DNA of 64,000 nucleotides, taken from assembly GCF_054482525.1 (NCBI RefSeq), contig NZ_CM137006.1; one strand, written 5' to 3'. This document shows, piece after piece, positions 9,176-20,516 of the stretch. The translations under genes and the position numbers were made by a program. Each line of letters starts with the position of its first letter. Within the stretch, counting starts at the first letter, position 1. Under the pieces are notes generated by a model. That model had not been told where the DNA came from. It saw only the letters and a list, made by a program, of their open reading frames with translations, and made no database searches.

Positions 9176-10378
9176 TTACACTACCGCATGTAAGATTCTA
9201 CGTACAGAGTGTAGATCAATCAAATAGTCTGAATACCACTGCATCATCTCTCTTCGCCCCTCCAGATATTGCGCATGGTTGTACGTCCCACGAATCGCAT
9301 TCTTATCGACATGCGCAAGCTGGGTTTCAATCCATGCCGTGTTGAACCCTTCCTCGTGCAAAATCGTACTCATCGTGTGACGGAAACTATGCCCCGTTAC
9401 CTTCCCCGTATACCCAATCCGTTTGAATACCTGATTAATACTCGCTTCACTCATCGTTTTACGTGGATCATTGCGCCCTGGGAACACCAAAGGATATTGC
9501 CCGGACATTACTTTGAGCTGTTGTACGATTTCTAGCGCTTGGGTAGAGAGGGGTACAAGATGGGGCCGTTTCATCTTCATACGCTCTGCAGGTATTTCCC
9601 ACACCGCTTTCTCAAGATCAAACTCACTCCAGAAAGCACCTCGAAGCTCGCCAGTACGAACTCCCGTAAGGATAAGCAGACGAGCGGCAAGAACAACTAA
9701 CGGGCTTCCTGTATAACCTGCGAGAGCTTTAAAGAAGTCTGGTAACTCCTCTACTGACAGGAAGGGATAATGCTTCGATTCATGCCCTGACATCGCGCTG
9801 GTTAGGTCCGCTGCAGGATTGTATTCCGCGCGACCTGTAACGATGGCATAACGAAAGACTTCGCTGCAGCGCTGGCGAACCTTCTTGGCCTTCTCTGTCG
9901 CGCCACGGCTTTCGATTCGACGCAGCACATTAAGCAGAACCAGCGGTTTGATTTCATTCACTGGCAGTTGGCCGATATAGGGGAAAATATCTTTATTGAA
10001 GGCTTCGATAATATCGGAGGCATAGCCTTCTGACCACCGGCTCACCTTAGTACCGTGCCACTCAAGCGCCACAGACTGGAACGTGTTGTTGAGCTGCACA
10101 TCGCGAACCAGCTTTTCTTCTTTCTTTGCGAAAGACGGGTCGATACCCTCGGCCAGCTTTTTCTTGGCTTCATCACGCAGAGCCCTCGCTTGTGCAAGGG
10201 AAACAGCCGGATAGACCCCAAAAGCCATACGCTTCTCTTTTCCATTGAAGCGATATTTCATTCGCCAGTATCGAGAACCAGAGGGAACGACTTCAAGATA
10301 CAAGCCAGCACCATCTGCCAGCTTATAGGCTTTCTCTTTGGGTTTAGCAGCGTCTACCTGTCGCGCATTAAGCTTCAT
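9176..10378 (-). CDS. int: P4-type tyrosine integrase (site-specific recombinase)
   Basis: ORF 9176..10417; likely start is the ATG at 10378 (MKLNARQVDAAKPKEKAYKLADGAGLYLEV...) with GGAG 9 nt upstream. Sits directly beside the tRNA-Thr 3' end. Confidence 0.85.
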   Translation of the reverse strand: MKLNARQVDAAKPKEKAYKLADGAGLYLEVVPSGSRYWRMKYRFNGKEKRMAFGVYPAVSLAQARALRDEAKKKLAEGIDPSFAKKEEKLVRDVQLNNTFQSVALEWHGTKVSRWSEGYASDIIEAFNKDIFPYIGQLPVNEIKPLVLLNVLRRIESRGATEKAKKVRQRCSEVFRYAIVTGRAEYNPAADLTSAMSGHESKHYPFLSVEELPDFFKALAGYTGSPLVVLAARLLILTGVRTGELRGAFWSEFDLEKAVWEIPAERMKMKRPHLVPLSTQALEIVQQLKVMSGQYPLVFPGRNDPRKTMSEASINQVFKRIGYTGKVTGHSFRHTMSTILHEEGFNTAWIETQLAHVDKNAIRGTYNHAQYLEGRREMMQWYSDYLIDLHSVRRILHAVV

Positions 10379-10541
10379 TGGGGGCATCTCCCTGGACCGA
10401 ACACAGAATGCCCCCACTTATGCCCCCAACTGCGACTTGATTTCGGTTGAGTCCAGTTGATAACAGGAGATAAGATACGGGCCAGAAACCGCAGTATACG
10501 GGCTTTTAGTTGATTTCGGTAGACTTGGGAAGAGTTTGAAA

Positions 10542-10617
10542 TGGTGCCGATAATAGGAGTCGAACCTACGACCTTCGCATTACGAATGCGCTGCTCTACC
10601 AACTGAGCTATATCGGC
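10542..10617 (-). tRNA. thrW: tRNA-Thr (anticodon CGU), thrW-like
   Basis: Reverse complement reads GCCGATATAGCTCAGTTGGTAGAGCAGCGCATTCGTAATGCGAAGGTCGTAGGTTCGACTCCTATTATCGGCACCA, 76 nt with CCA end and anticodon loop TTCGTAA. Confidence 0.9.
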
Positions 10618-10731
10618 CCTGAAAGGACATGTTCACGAACGTGAATCACGGTGGACAAGGTTAAAACTAACCGGGCGATGCGTCAATGGCCTTGTGAATC
10701 AAATGGCTACTTTTGCATCACCCGATTTTAT

Positions 10732-11985
10732 TTACGCACGAATGGTGTAATCACCAATGCCGATCCACTTGTAAGTGGTCAGCGCTTCCAGCCCCATTGG
10801 GCCACGCGCGTGGAGTTTTTGTGTGCTTACCGCCACTTCCGCGCCCAGTCCAAACTGGCCGCCGTCGGTAAAACGCGTAGAGGCGTTAACGTAAACAGCG
10901 GATGAATCTACTTCATTAACAAAACGCTGGGCGTTGCGCATATCGCGGGTCAGGATCGAATCGGAGTGTTGTGTGCCGTGTTCACGAATATGAGCGATGG
11001 CATCGTCAAGATCGCTGACGATTTTGACGTTCAAATCTAATGACAGAAACTCATCGTCATACTCTTCAGCTTTAACAGCAACCACCTTCGCGGGACCTGC
11101 CTGCAATTGCGTCAGTGCGGTAGCATCGGCGTGTAACGTCACACCGCTTTCAGCCATCTGTTTGCTTAACACAGGCAGGAAGCTATCGGCGATGTTTTTA
11201 TTCACCAGCAACGTTTCTACCGTATTACATGTGCTCGGACGCTGAGTTTTCGCGTTGACGATTACTTTCAGGGCTTCAGCGATCTCTGCACTTTCATCAA
11301 CGTAAATATGGCATACGCCTATACCGCCTGTGATCACCGGGATTGTCGACTGTTCGCGGCACAGCTTATGCAGGCCAGCGCCTCCACGCGGGATCAGCAT
11401 GTCGATGTATTTATCCATACGCAGCATTTCACTGACCAGCGCGCGGTCAGGATTATCAATCGCCTGTACTGCACCTGCCGGTAAACCACAAGAGTTCAGG
11501 GCGTCCTGAATCACCGCCACCGTTGCAGCGTTAGTGCGGCAGGTTTCTTTGCCACCACGCAGGATCACCGCGTTACCCGTTTTCAGGCACAGCGAAGCGA
11601 CATCAACCGTCACGTTCGGGCGCGCTTCATAAATCACGCCAATCACCCCCAGCGGTACGCGACGACGCTCCAGACGCAGACCGCTGTCCAGCACACTACC
11701 ATCAATCACCTGCCCCACCGGATCGGCGAGATTACACACCTGGCGCACATCGTCGGCGATGCCTTTCAGCCGTGCGGGCGTCAGTGCCAGACGGTCAAGC
11801 ATCGCTTCGCTAAGGCCATTGGCACGCGCGTCAGCAACATCCTGGGCGTTAGCGTTGAGGATGATTTCGCTTTGAGCTTCCAGTTCATCGGCGATTTTTT
11901 CCAGCACACGATTTTTTTCGCGGCTGGAGAGTTGCGCTAATTTATACGAGGCTTGCTTCGCGGCAATGCCCATTTGTTCCAGCAT
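10732..11985 (-). CDS. proA: gamma-glutamyl phosphate reductase
   Basis: 417 aa translation matches E. coli ProA as recalled ([19 protein letters not shown]...). Confidence 0.95.
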   Translation of the reverse strand: MLEQMGIAAKQASYKLAQLSSREKNRVLEKIADELEAQSEIILNANAQDVADARANGLSEAMLDRLALTPARLKGIADDVRQVCNLADPVGQVIDGSVLDSGLRLERRRVPLGVIGVIYEARPNVTVDVASLCLKTGNAVILRGGKETCRTNAATVAVIQDALNSCGLPAGAVQAIDNPDRALVSEMLRMDKYIDMLIPRGGAGLHKLCREQSTIPVITGGIGVCHIYVDESAEIAEALKVIVNAKTQRPSTCNTVETLLVNKNIADSFLPVLSKQMAESGVTLHADATALTQLQAGPAKVVAVKAEEYDDEFLSLDLNVKIVSDLDDAIAHIREHGTQHSDSILTRDMRNAQRFVNEVDSSAVYVNASTRFTDGGQFGLGAEVAVSTQKLHARGPMGLEALTTYKWIGIGDYTIRA

Positions 11986-11996
11986 CGGCCTGCTCC

Positions 11997-13100
11997 TTAA
12001 CGGGTAATCATGTCATCACGGTGAACGGCAACCGGGCCGTATTCATATCCCAGTATTGCATCAATTTCTTGCGAGTGGTGTCCGGCAATGCGGCGTAATG
12101 CATCGCTGTTGTAACGACTGACGCCGTGGGCGATATCGCGACCTTCGAGGTTGCAAATGCGGATGACTTCACCACGCGAGAAATTGCCAGTCACGCTTTT
12201 AATACCTTTCGGCAACAGGGAGCTGCCGCGTTCAAGAATGGCGGCGGTTGCCCCTTCATCTACCGTGATTTCACCCGCAGGTGGTGCACCGAAAATCCAG
12301 CGTTTACGGTTTTCAAGCGGAGTCGCCTGGGCATGAAACAGCGTACCGACGGAAATGCCTTCCATCACATCACCAATAACGCCCGGCTTGCTGCCCGCGG
12401 CAATAATGGTGTCGATACCCGCACGGCAAGCCACGTCCGCGGCCTGCAATTTGGTACTCATGCCGCCAGTTCCGAGGCCTGAAACGCTGTCACCGGCAAT
12501 CGCGCGCAGTGCGTCATCAATGCCGTAAACATCTTTAATCAGTTCTGCCTGCGGATTGCTGCGCGGGTCAGCGGTATACAAACCTTTTTGATCGGTCAGC
12601 AGCAACAGTTTATCGGCACCCGCCAGAATCGCCGCCAGCGCAGAAAGGTTATCGTTATCGCCGACCTTAATCTCTGCAGTAGCGACAGCATCGTTCTCAT
12701 TGATCACCGGAACGATATTGTTATCGAGCAACGCACGCAGGGTGTCGCGGGCGTTCAGGAAGCGTTCACGGTCTTCCATATCAGCACGGGTCAGCAGCAT
12801 TTGCCCGACGTGAATGCCATAAATAGAAAACAGCTGTTCCCACAGTTGAATCAGTCGACTCTGCCCTACCGCCGCCAGCAGTTGTTTCGAGGCGATAGTC
12901 GCTGGCAGTTCCGGGTAACCCAGGTGCTCACGTCCGGCGGCGATCGCGCCCGACGTCACAATAACAATCCGATGCCCGGCGGCATGTAACTGCGCGCACT
13001 GGCGAACAAGTTCAACGATATGGGCACGGTTCAGACGGCGCGATCCGCCTGTTAGCACACTGGTGCCGAGTTTTACCACCAGCGTCTGGCTGTCACTCAT
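11997..13100 (-). CDS. proB: glutamate 5-kinase
   Basis: 367 aa translation matches E. coli ProB ([19 protein letters not shown]...). Confidence 0.95.
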
Positions 13101-13387
13101 GATTCTCTGCCATTCAATTTTAGGAAAAATGATATCAAACGAACGTTTTAGCAGGACTGTCGTCGGTTGCCAACCATCTGCGAGTAAAGCATGGTGTTTT
13201 GTTGCGCGGGATCAGCAAGCGTAGCGGCAGTTGTTTACGCTTTTATTACAGATTTAATAAATTACCACATTTTAAGAATATTATTAATCTGTAATATATC
13301 TTTAACAATCTCAGGTTAAAAACTTTCCTGTTTTCAACGGGACTCTCCCGCTGAATATTCGCGCGTTAATTAAAATCAGGAATGAAA

Positions 13388-14443
13388 ATGAAAAAGAGCA
13401 CTCTGGCATTAGTGGTGATGGGCATTGTGGCATCTGCATCCGTACAGGCCGCAGAAATATATAACAAAGACGGTAATAAACTGGATGTCTATGGCAAAGT
13501 TAAAGCCATGCATTATATGAGTGATAACGACAGTAAAGATGGCGACCAGAGTTATATCCGTTTTGGTTTTAAAGGCGAAACACAAATTAACGATCAACTG
13601 ACGGGTTATGGTCGTTGGGAAGCGGAGTTTGCCGGTAATAAAGCGGAGAGTGATACTGCACAGCAAAAAACGCGTCTCGCTTTTGCCGGGTTGAAATATA
13701 AAGATTTGGGTTCTTTCGATTATGGTCGTAACCTGGGCGCGCTGTATGACGTGGAAGCCTGGACCGATATGTTCCCGGAATTTGGTGGCGACTCCTCGGC
13801 GCAGACCGACAACTTTATGACCAAACGCGCCAGCGGTCTGGCTACTTACCGTAACACTGACTTTTTCGGCGTTATCGATGGTCTGAACTTAACCCTGCAA
13901 TATCAAGGGAAAAACGAAAACCGCGACGTTAAAAAGCAAAACGGCGATGGCTTCGGCACGTCATTGACATATGACTTCGGCGGCAGCGATTTCGCCATCA
14001 GTGGGGCCTATACCAACTCCGATCGCACCAACGAGCAGAACCTGCAAAGCCGTGGCACAGGCAAGCGTGCAGAAGCATGGGCAACAGGTCTGAAATACGA
14101 TGCCAATAATATTTATCTGGCAACTTTTTATTCTGAAACGCGTAAAATGACGCCAATCTCTGGCGGCTTTGCCAATAAGACACAGAACTTTGAAGCGGTC
14201 GCCCAATACCAGTTTGACTTTGGTCTGCGTCCGTCGCTGGGTTATGTCTTATCGAAAGGGAAAGATATTGAGGGCATCGGTGATGAAGATCTGGTTAATT
14301 ATATCGACGTCGGTGCTACGTATTATTTCAACAAAAATATGTCGGCATTTGTTGATTATAAAATAAACCAACTGGATAGCGATAATAAGCTGAACATCAA
14401 TAATGATGATATTGTCGCGGTTGGCATGACCTATCAGTTTTAA
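13388..14443 (+). CDS. phoE: outer membrane phosphoporin PhoE
   Basis: ORF 13382..14443; second ATG gives [21 protein letters not shown] signal peptide; porin C-terminus ...VGMTYQF. Confidence 0.95.
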   Translation: MKKSTLALVVMGIVASASVQAAEIYNKDGNKLDVYGKVKAMHYMSDNDSKDGDQSYIRFGFKGETQINDQLTGYGRWEAEFAGNKAESDTAQQKTRLAFAGLKYKDLGSFDYGRNLGALYDVEAWTDMFPEFGGDSSAQTDNFMTKRASGLATYRNTDFFGVIDGLNLTLQYQGKNENRDVKKQNGDGFGTSLTYDFGGSDFAISGAYTNSDRTNEQNLQSRGTGKRAEAWATGLKYDANNIYLATFYSETRKMTPISGGFANKTQNFEAVAQYQFDFGLRPSLGYVLSKGKDIEGIGDEDLVNYIDVGATYYFNKNMSAFVDYKINQLDSDNKLNINNDDIVAVGMTYQF

Positions 14444-14451
14444 TGGATATT

Positions 14452-14472
14452 GCCGGATGTGATGCATCCGGC
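14452..14472. terminator. hairpin between convergent phoE and crl (gccggatg / catccggc stem)
   Basis: Inverted repeat read directly in the 38-bp gap between the two convergent genes. Confidence 0.45.
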
Positions 14473-14481
14473 ACATTTCAC

Positions 14482-14940
<459 letters not shown>

Positions 14941-16185
14941 TTAACACAAACGTTTTTCGATCCAGTCTGTGATTTCCTGAAGACCTTTGTCAAAATTCCG
15001 ATACACCGGGTTAAATGGGATCTCTAATAATTTACCGTCAGCAGATGATGAGGTGATTAAGCGTGAGTCCTCTTCCGGGCTGAACGGATCGTTCTTCCAG
15101 TAGCCTGATAACATTGGCGTTGGGCAGCGACGCCCCAGCAATCCTTGCACTTTTAATGAATAACGATTCAGCTCCACGCGTAACGCTTCGTCGGAAGCAT
15201 CATGCATCCCCAAACGACTCGCCAGAACGTCAAGATACATTTCCGGCACCTGTTGCTGGCACTTAAAATCACTCAACAGGGTATGAACTACCGGACCAAG
15301 ACAGGCAACCGCTTTCAGACGCGGCGATTCAAGGTATGCCAGACGCACGGCAACGTTAGCGCCGAAACGGAAACCAAAGGCCGCGACGCGAGTATGATCT
15401 ACCCACGGTACGTTAGGCAGCGCCTTTAAGACGTGCTGATGCAACAGGCTGGAGTCCTGGGTGAGCTTCCATTTTGAAGAAAAGCCCACCGACGGCATAT
15501 CAATAGTCAGCATCGCAATGCCGCGCGGCGCAAAATAACGTTCATACAGGCTGTAATAGTCCGTCTGCATCGCATCCAGACCACCACACATTAATACTGT
15601 CGGGAACGGGCCATCGCCTTTCGGCATATGCAAAAAGCCGGTGATGGGCGCACCGCCGGGTACGGTAAACTCCATCTGCCGCATCGTGCCCGGCAGACGT
15701 TGGGCGGCCTCTTCATAGGCACGGTTTGACAAAGCCTGCGCTTGCTCGGCCAGATCATCTCCTTTCAGATGAGGATAGGCGGCAATGTTGTACAACGTAG
15801 CCGCATGCAACCAGTGACGACCACTGAGTTGCGGATCTTCTTCCGCACAGGCTTTTTGTTGCCACACCATCGCCTGGGTGGCCCACTCATAAATCCAGTT
15901 GCCGCCGCGGTAGCCAATTACCGTATCGTATAAATCATCGTCGGTACGTTCGGCATCGCTCATCACAATACGCGCCTGGACGTCGAGGATTTCACGTGGG
16001 TCAATGCCGCGCCAGATCCACATCAGACGGTTAATCATGCGATACCAGTGAGGGATGGTTTTACCATCAAGGGCCGACTGCACAGGCGGTTGTGCGCCGT
16101 GATTAAAGCGGCGAACTAGCGTCGAGGTTTCAGGATGTTTAAAGCGGGGTTTGAACAGGGTTTCGCTCAGGTTTGCCTGTGTCAT
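14941..16185 (-). CDS. frsA: esterase FrsA (fermentation/respiration switch protein)
   Basis: 414 aa translation matches FrsA; alpha/beta hydrolase region present. Confidence 0.9.
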
Positions 16186-16276
16186 GGATGCAGCCTCCAG
16201 AATACTTACTGGAAACTATTGTAACCTGCCTGAAGTTAAAAAGAACAACGCCCGGCAGTGCCAGGCGTTGAAAAGA

Positions 16277-16735
16277 TTAGCGACCGGAGATTGGCGGGAC
16301 GAATACGACGCCCATATCCCACGGCTGTTCGATCCAGGTATCTTGCGGGATATCAACAACATAATCATCAACCAGCGGGCGACCGGCCGGTTTTGCGAAG
16401 ATGGTGACAAAGTGCGCTTTTGGATACATTTCACGAATCGCAACCGCAGTACCACCGGTATCCACCAGGTCATCAATAACGATGAAGCCTTCGCCATCGC
16501 CTTCTGCACGTTTCAGCACTTTAAGCTCGCGCTGGTTGTCGTGATCGTAGCTGGAAATACAAACGGTATCGACATGACGAATACCCAGTTCACGCGCCAG
16601 TAACGCACCCGGTACCAGACCGCCACGGCTTACGGCAATAATGCCTTTCCATTGTTCAGAAGGCATCAGTCGGCTTGCGAGTTTACGTGCATGGATCTGC
16701 AACATGTCCCAGGTGACGATGTATTTTTCGCTCAT
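16277..16735 (-). CDS. gpt: xanthine-guanine phosphoribosyltransferase
   Basis: 152 aa translation matches Gpt ([51 protein letters not shown]...). Confidence 0.95.
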
Positions 16736-16995
16736 GTGAAGTGTCCCAGCCTGTTTATCTACGGCTTAAAAAGTGTTCGAGGGGAAAATAGGTTGCGCGA
16801 GATTATAGAGATCTGGCGCACTAAAAACCAGTATTTCACATGAGTCCGCGTCTTTTTACGCACTGCCTCTCCCTGACGCGGGATAAAGTGGTATTCTCAA
16901 ACATATCTCGCAAGCCTGTCTTGTGTTGACAACATTTTCTGCTAACCCTGTGACCTGCAATACTGTTTTGCGGGTGATCGACAAGGAGACTTAAC

Positions 16996-18453
16996 GTGTC
17001 TGAACTGTCTCAATTATCTCCACAGCCGCTGTGGGATATTTTTGCCAAAATCTGTTCTATTCCTCACCCGTCCTATCATGAAGAGCAACTCGCTGAATAC
17101 ATTGTTGGTTGGGCAAAAGAGAAAGGTTTCCATGTCGAACGCGATCAGGTAGGTAATATCCTGATTCGTAAACCTGCTACCGCAGGTATGGAAAATCGTA
17201 AACCGGTCGTCTTGCAGGCCCACCTCGATATGGTGCCGCAGAAAAATAACGACACCGTGCATGACTTCACTAAAGATCCTATCCAGCCTTATATTGATGG
17301 TGAATGGGTTAAAGCGCGCGGCACCACGCTGGGTGCGGATAACGGCATTGGTATGGCGTCTGCGCTGGCGGTTCTGGCTGACGAAAACGTGGTTCACGGC
17401 CCGCTGGAAGTGCTGCTGACCATGACCGAAGAAGCCGGTATGGACGGTGCTTTTGGCTTACAGAGCAACTGGTTGCAGGCTGATATTCTGATTAACACCG
17501 ACTCCGAAGAGGAAGGTGAAATCTACATGGGTTGCGCGGGGGGTATCGACTTCACCTCCAACCTGCATTTAGATCGTGAAGCGGTTCCAGCTGGTTTTGA
17601 AACCTTCAAGTTAACCTTAAAAGGTCTAAAAGGCGGTCACTCCGGCGGTGAAATCCACGTTGGCCTGGGTAATGCCAACAAACTGCTGGTGCGCTTCCTG
17701 GCGGGTCATGCGGAAGAGCTGGACCTGCGCCTTATCGATTTCAACGGTGGCACACTGCGTAACGCCATCCCGCGTGAAGCCTTTGCGACGATTGCTGTCG
17801 CAGCTGATAAAGTCGACGCACTGAAATCTCTGGTGAATACCTATCAGGAGATCCTGAAAAACGAGCTGGCAGAGAAAGAGAAAAATCTGGCATTGCTGCT
17901 GGACTCTGTTGCGAACGATAAAGCTGCCCTGATTGCGAAATCTCGCGATACCTTTATTCGTCTGCTGAACGCTACCCCGAACGGTGTGATCCGCAACTCC
18001 GACGTGGCAAAAGGTGTGGTCGAAACCTCCCTGAACGTCGGTGTGGTGACCATGACTGACAATAACGTAGAAATTCACTGCCTGATCCGTTCTCTGATCG
18101 ACAGCGGTAAAGACTACGTGGTGAGCATGCTGGATTCGCTGGGTAAACTGGCTGGCGCGAAAACCGAAGCGAAAGGCGCGTATCCAGGCTGGCAGCCGGA
18201 CGCTAATTCTCCGGTGATGCACCTGGTGCGTGAAACCTATCAGCGTCTGTTCAACAAGACGCCGAACATCCAGATTATCCACGCGGGCCTGGAATGTGGT
18301 CTGTTTAAAAAACCGTATCCGGAAATGGACATGGTTTCTATCGGGCCAACCATCACCGGTCCGCACTCTCCGGATGAGCAGGTTCATATCGAAAGCGTTG
18401 GTCATTACTGGACACTGCTGACTGAACTGCTGAAAGAAATTCCGGCGAAGTAA
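16996..18453 (+). CDS. pepD: cytosol non-specific dipeptidase (aminoacyl-histidine dipeptidase) PepD
   Basis: 485 aa, GTG start; translation matches PepD (MSELSQLSPQPLWDIFAKICSIPHPSYHEEQLAEYIVGW...). Confidence 0.95.
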   Translation: MSELSQLSPQPLWDIFAKICSIPHPSYHEEQLAEYIVGWAKEKGFHVERDQVGNILIRKPATAGMENRKPVVLQAHLDMVPQKNNDTVHDFTKDPIQPYIDGEWVKARGTTLGADNGIGMASALAVLADENVVHGPLEVLLTMTEEAGMDGAFGLQSNWLQADILINTDSEEEGEIYMGCAGGIDFTSNLHLDREAVPAGFETFKLTLKGLKGGHSGGEIHVGLGNANKLLVRFLAGHAEELDLRLIDFNGGTLRNAIPREAFATIAVAADKVDALKSLVNTYQEILKNELAEKEKNLALLLDSVANDKAALIAKSRDTFIRLLNATPNGVIRNSDVAKGVVETSLNVGVVTMTDNNVEIHCLIRSLIDSGKDYVVSMLDSLGKLAGAKTEAKGAYPGWQPDANSPVMHLVRETYQRLFNKTPNIQIIHAGLECGLFKKPYPEMDMVSIGPTITGPHSPDEQVHIESVGHYWTLLTELLKEIPAK

Positions 18454-18465
18454 TTATTTGATTTG

Positions 18466-18500
18466 CTGCCGGATGGCGTTTAATCGCCTTCCGGCAGTTT
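18466..18500 (+). terminator. GC-rich imperfect hairpin followed by TTT downstream of pepD
   Basis: ctgccggatggcg ... cgccttccggcag inverted repeat (one mismatch) then tttcat, read directly. Confidence 0.45.
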
Positions 18501-18509
18501 CATCCTTCA

Positions 18510-18898
18510 TTATCCTTCGATAAAAGCCATCCCTGTAAATGTCCGTCGCGGGTTGCCACGTTCAATTTGATGATGGAACATTCGCCACTGCGATTTCAGC
18601 GCCGCGCTATTTTCCTGTTGCTGTTGTTCCAGCTTCCAGGCAATCAGCAATCGCGCCAGCCGCTTGTTAGCATGCCCAGAAACCAGTTTTTGCGCCCATG
18701 ATGAGGCCGATACGGACTCGGACAAATCCACTGAATAGTGCCGCACCAACTTTCGCTTAATGCCCATGCGTTATCGCCATCCAGAGAAATCAGCGCCGAA
18801 CGCAGCGTGTCAGAGTAGCGGCCCGTTTCTGTTTCCAGCACCGTTACCGCGACGTCTTGCCGGGTAAAAACGGCCTGCGGAGAAGAACGCTGCGCCAA
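18510..18898 (-). pseudogene. prfH: peptide chain release factor H homologue remnant, split across two frames
   Basis: Two overlapping minus-strand ORFs (18510..18767 and 18644..18898) carry release-factor-like segments in different frames. Boundaries approximate. Confidence 0.45.
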
Positions 18899-19076
18899 TC
18901 GGGTAGCCGCGTCCGGGGTGTAAATCTGGCATCCCTACTACGCGCTGCATGTTGGGTAAATTTGCCGTGGTGTGTAATTGTTGGATCGCTAAACTCTCGA
19001 TCCACAGGCCATCAGATGCGATGGTAAATACCGCATCGGATAAGGGACGAATAGATTTGCCCATGTACCATCCCAT
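18810..19076 (-). pseudogene. ykfJ: RtcB-like RNA ligase N-terminal fragment (ykfJ-like remnant)
   Basis: 88 aa ORF containing an RtcB-type [18 protein letters not shown] motif; far too short for a full RtcB. Boundaries approximate. Confidence 0.4.
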
Positions 19077-19308
19077 TTATACTCGTCATACTTCAAGTTG
19101 CATGTACTGCGACTCGAATTATTTAGAGTATATAAATATAAAAATCAGGAAATGGCAGACGAATCCAGGGCAAGAAAAAAGAATTAATCCTGGAAAGGTC
19201 TGCAAAGAGTCATTGATAAAGGATTTGTCATGATTTACCTCCTTGCAGTTTGTGGAATAAGAAAACGCGCACATACCAGGCGGGTGTTATTTTCATTGCA
19301 AGCTGAAT

Positions 19309-19761
19309 TTAATGTTGCGGTTTATATCGCATAGAAAAATTAGTAAACCACGCTCCCCTGCATTCAACGCGCTGCTGCTTAACTGTCTGAAAACCATAAC
19401 GTTCAAAAAAGGGTTTTGCGGTTATGCTTGCGTCCACCGTAAGTTCGGATTCAGACTTAATCAAAGGTTTTAACAAAGCGCTGGCAACCCCACGGCGGGT
19501 GTATTCAGGGTCAACAAATAACATATCGATATAGTGTTCAATGCGGGAAATAAAACCAACCGGTTGTGCATTAATGATCGCAACCCATACTTGTGATTTC
19601 GCGAGTTTCTCCTTCCAGCGAGATTCGTCAATCTGCGCCCAGGCGGCAATTTGTTGTGGTGAATAATGCTGACTGGCGGTCATCGTAACCGCTCTAAGGA
19701 AAATAGCGCATAGTTGCTGAAAATCGCCAGGCTGATAGTTTCTTATTTGTATGTTATTCAT
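19309..19761 (-). CDS. yafP: GNAT-family acetyltransferase YafP
   Basis: 150 aa translation matches YafP; last gene of the dinB-yafNOP operon. Confidence 0.9.
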   Translation of the reverse strand: MNNIQIRNYQPGDFQQLCAIFLRAVTMTASQHYSPQQIAAWAQIDESRWKEKLAKSQVWVAIINAQPVGFISRIEHYIDMLFVDPEYTRRGVASALLKPLIKSESELTVDASITAKPFFERYGFQTVKQQRVECRGAWFTNFSMRYKPQH

Positions 19762-19770
19762 AATATAAAT

Positions 19771-20169
19771 TCAAAAACGCATGCGAAACGCTTCTGCCAT
19801 TTTCCCAATTTTATGCATTTGGTTGTTATCTCGAGCCAGTTTATGAGGTTCAGGTTTCAGAATGGCAATGAGCAACCATGCTTGCTCATCAAACGCACCC
19901 TGACAATATACCAAATGCGCTTCGTCATTCGTTCTGCTGAATTGGCGCAACTGTGGCGGAAATGGATTATTCACATTTGCCAGATGAATATGAGCAACTC
20001 GCTCAAATTTGATTAATGGCCAGGTAAACGAGTCGTCGTAGAGTGCATCGCGACCAAATATATCTGGCAAAACACCGTCACGCTTATAGGAAATAAAATC
20101 CGCCGTTAACGCATCAAGTTCCTCTGCTGTAAGTTGCAGGCAAATAAGTTTTGTTTTGAATACCCGCAT
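19771..20169 (-). CDS. yafO: YafO toxin (ribosome-dependent mRNA interferase)
   Basis: 132 aa translation matches YafO; adjacent to yafN. Confidence 0.9.
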   Translation of the reverse strand: MRVFKTKLICLQLTAEELDALTADFISYKRDGVLPDIFGRDALYDDSFTWPLIKFERVAHIHLANVNNPFPPQLRQFSRTNDEAHLVYCQGAFDEQAWLLIAILKPEPHKLARDNNQMHKIGKMAEAFRMRF

Positions 20170-20171
20170 CC

Positions 20172-20465
20172 TTATTCCTTAAAGTCATTGAAATCATCAT
20201 CCGTCATATCATTAAGATATTGTTCAGCGCGGCGTGTAATTTCCTCTAATCTTGCGGCACTCGGACGGAAGCGCGCCTTAACCAGTTTTTTCTCCTCTTG
20301 TTCAGCAAGCATGTCCATTAACGCTTCGAATGCGCTGGCACTTAAGAGATATCCTGCGGGGCGATTATTAGAAAGAACCGCAACTGGTTGATCAATAAAG
20401 TATTTAGCTGGGTTTTTACGTAACTCAGTGATATTGACCGATTTTTCAGCGAGAATTCGATGCAT
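20172..20465 (-). CDS. yafN: YafN antitoxin
   Basis: 97 aa translation matches YafN (MHRILAEKSVNITELRKNPAKYF...). Confidence 0.9.
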   Translation of the reverse strand: MHRILAEKSVNITELRKNPAKYFIDQPVAVLSNNRPAGYLLSASAFEALMDMLAEQEEKKLVKARFRPSAARLEEITRRAEQYLNDMTDDDFNDFKE

Positions 20466-20516
20466 ACAGTGATCCCCTCATAATAATGCACATCAGAATA
20501 GACATAATAGTATACA

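Noticed and set aside
10055-10450. 131-aa plus-strand ORF overlapping the integrase
   Set aside because: Antisense to the integrase frame, which has clear P4-integrase N-terminal sequence and a good RBS.
12126-12989. Plus-strand ORFs inside proB
   Set aside because: Antisense to a gene whose translation matches ProB across its length.
17626-18405. 259-aa minus-strand ORF inside pepD
   Set aside because: Antisense to a well-supported pepD reading frame; no recognisable motifs.
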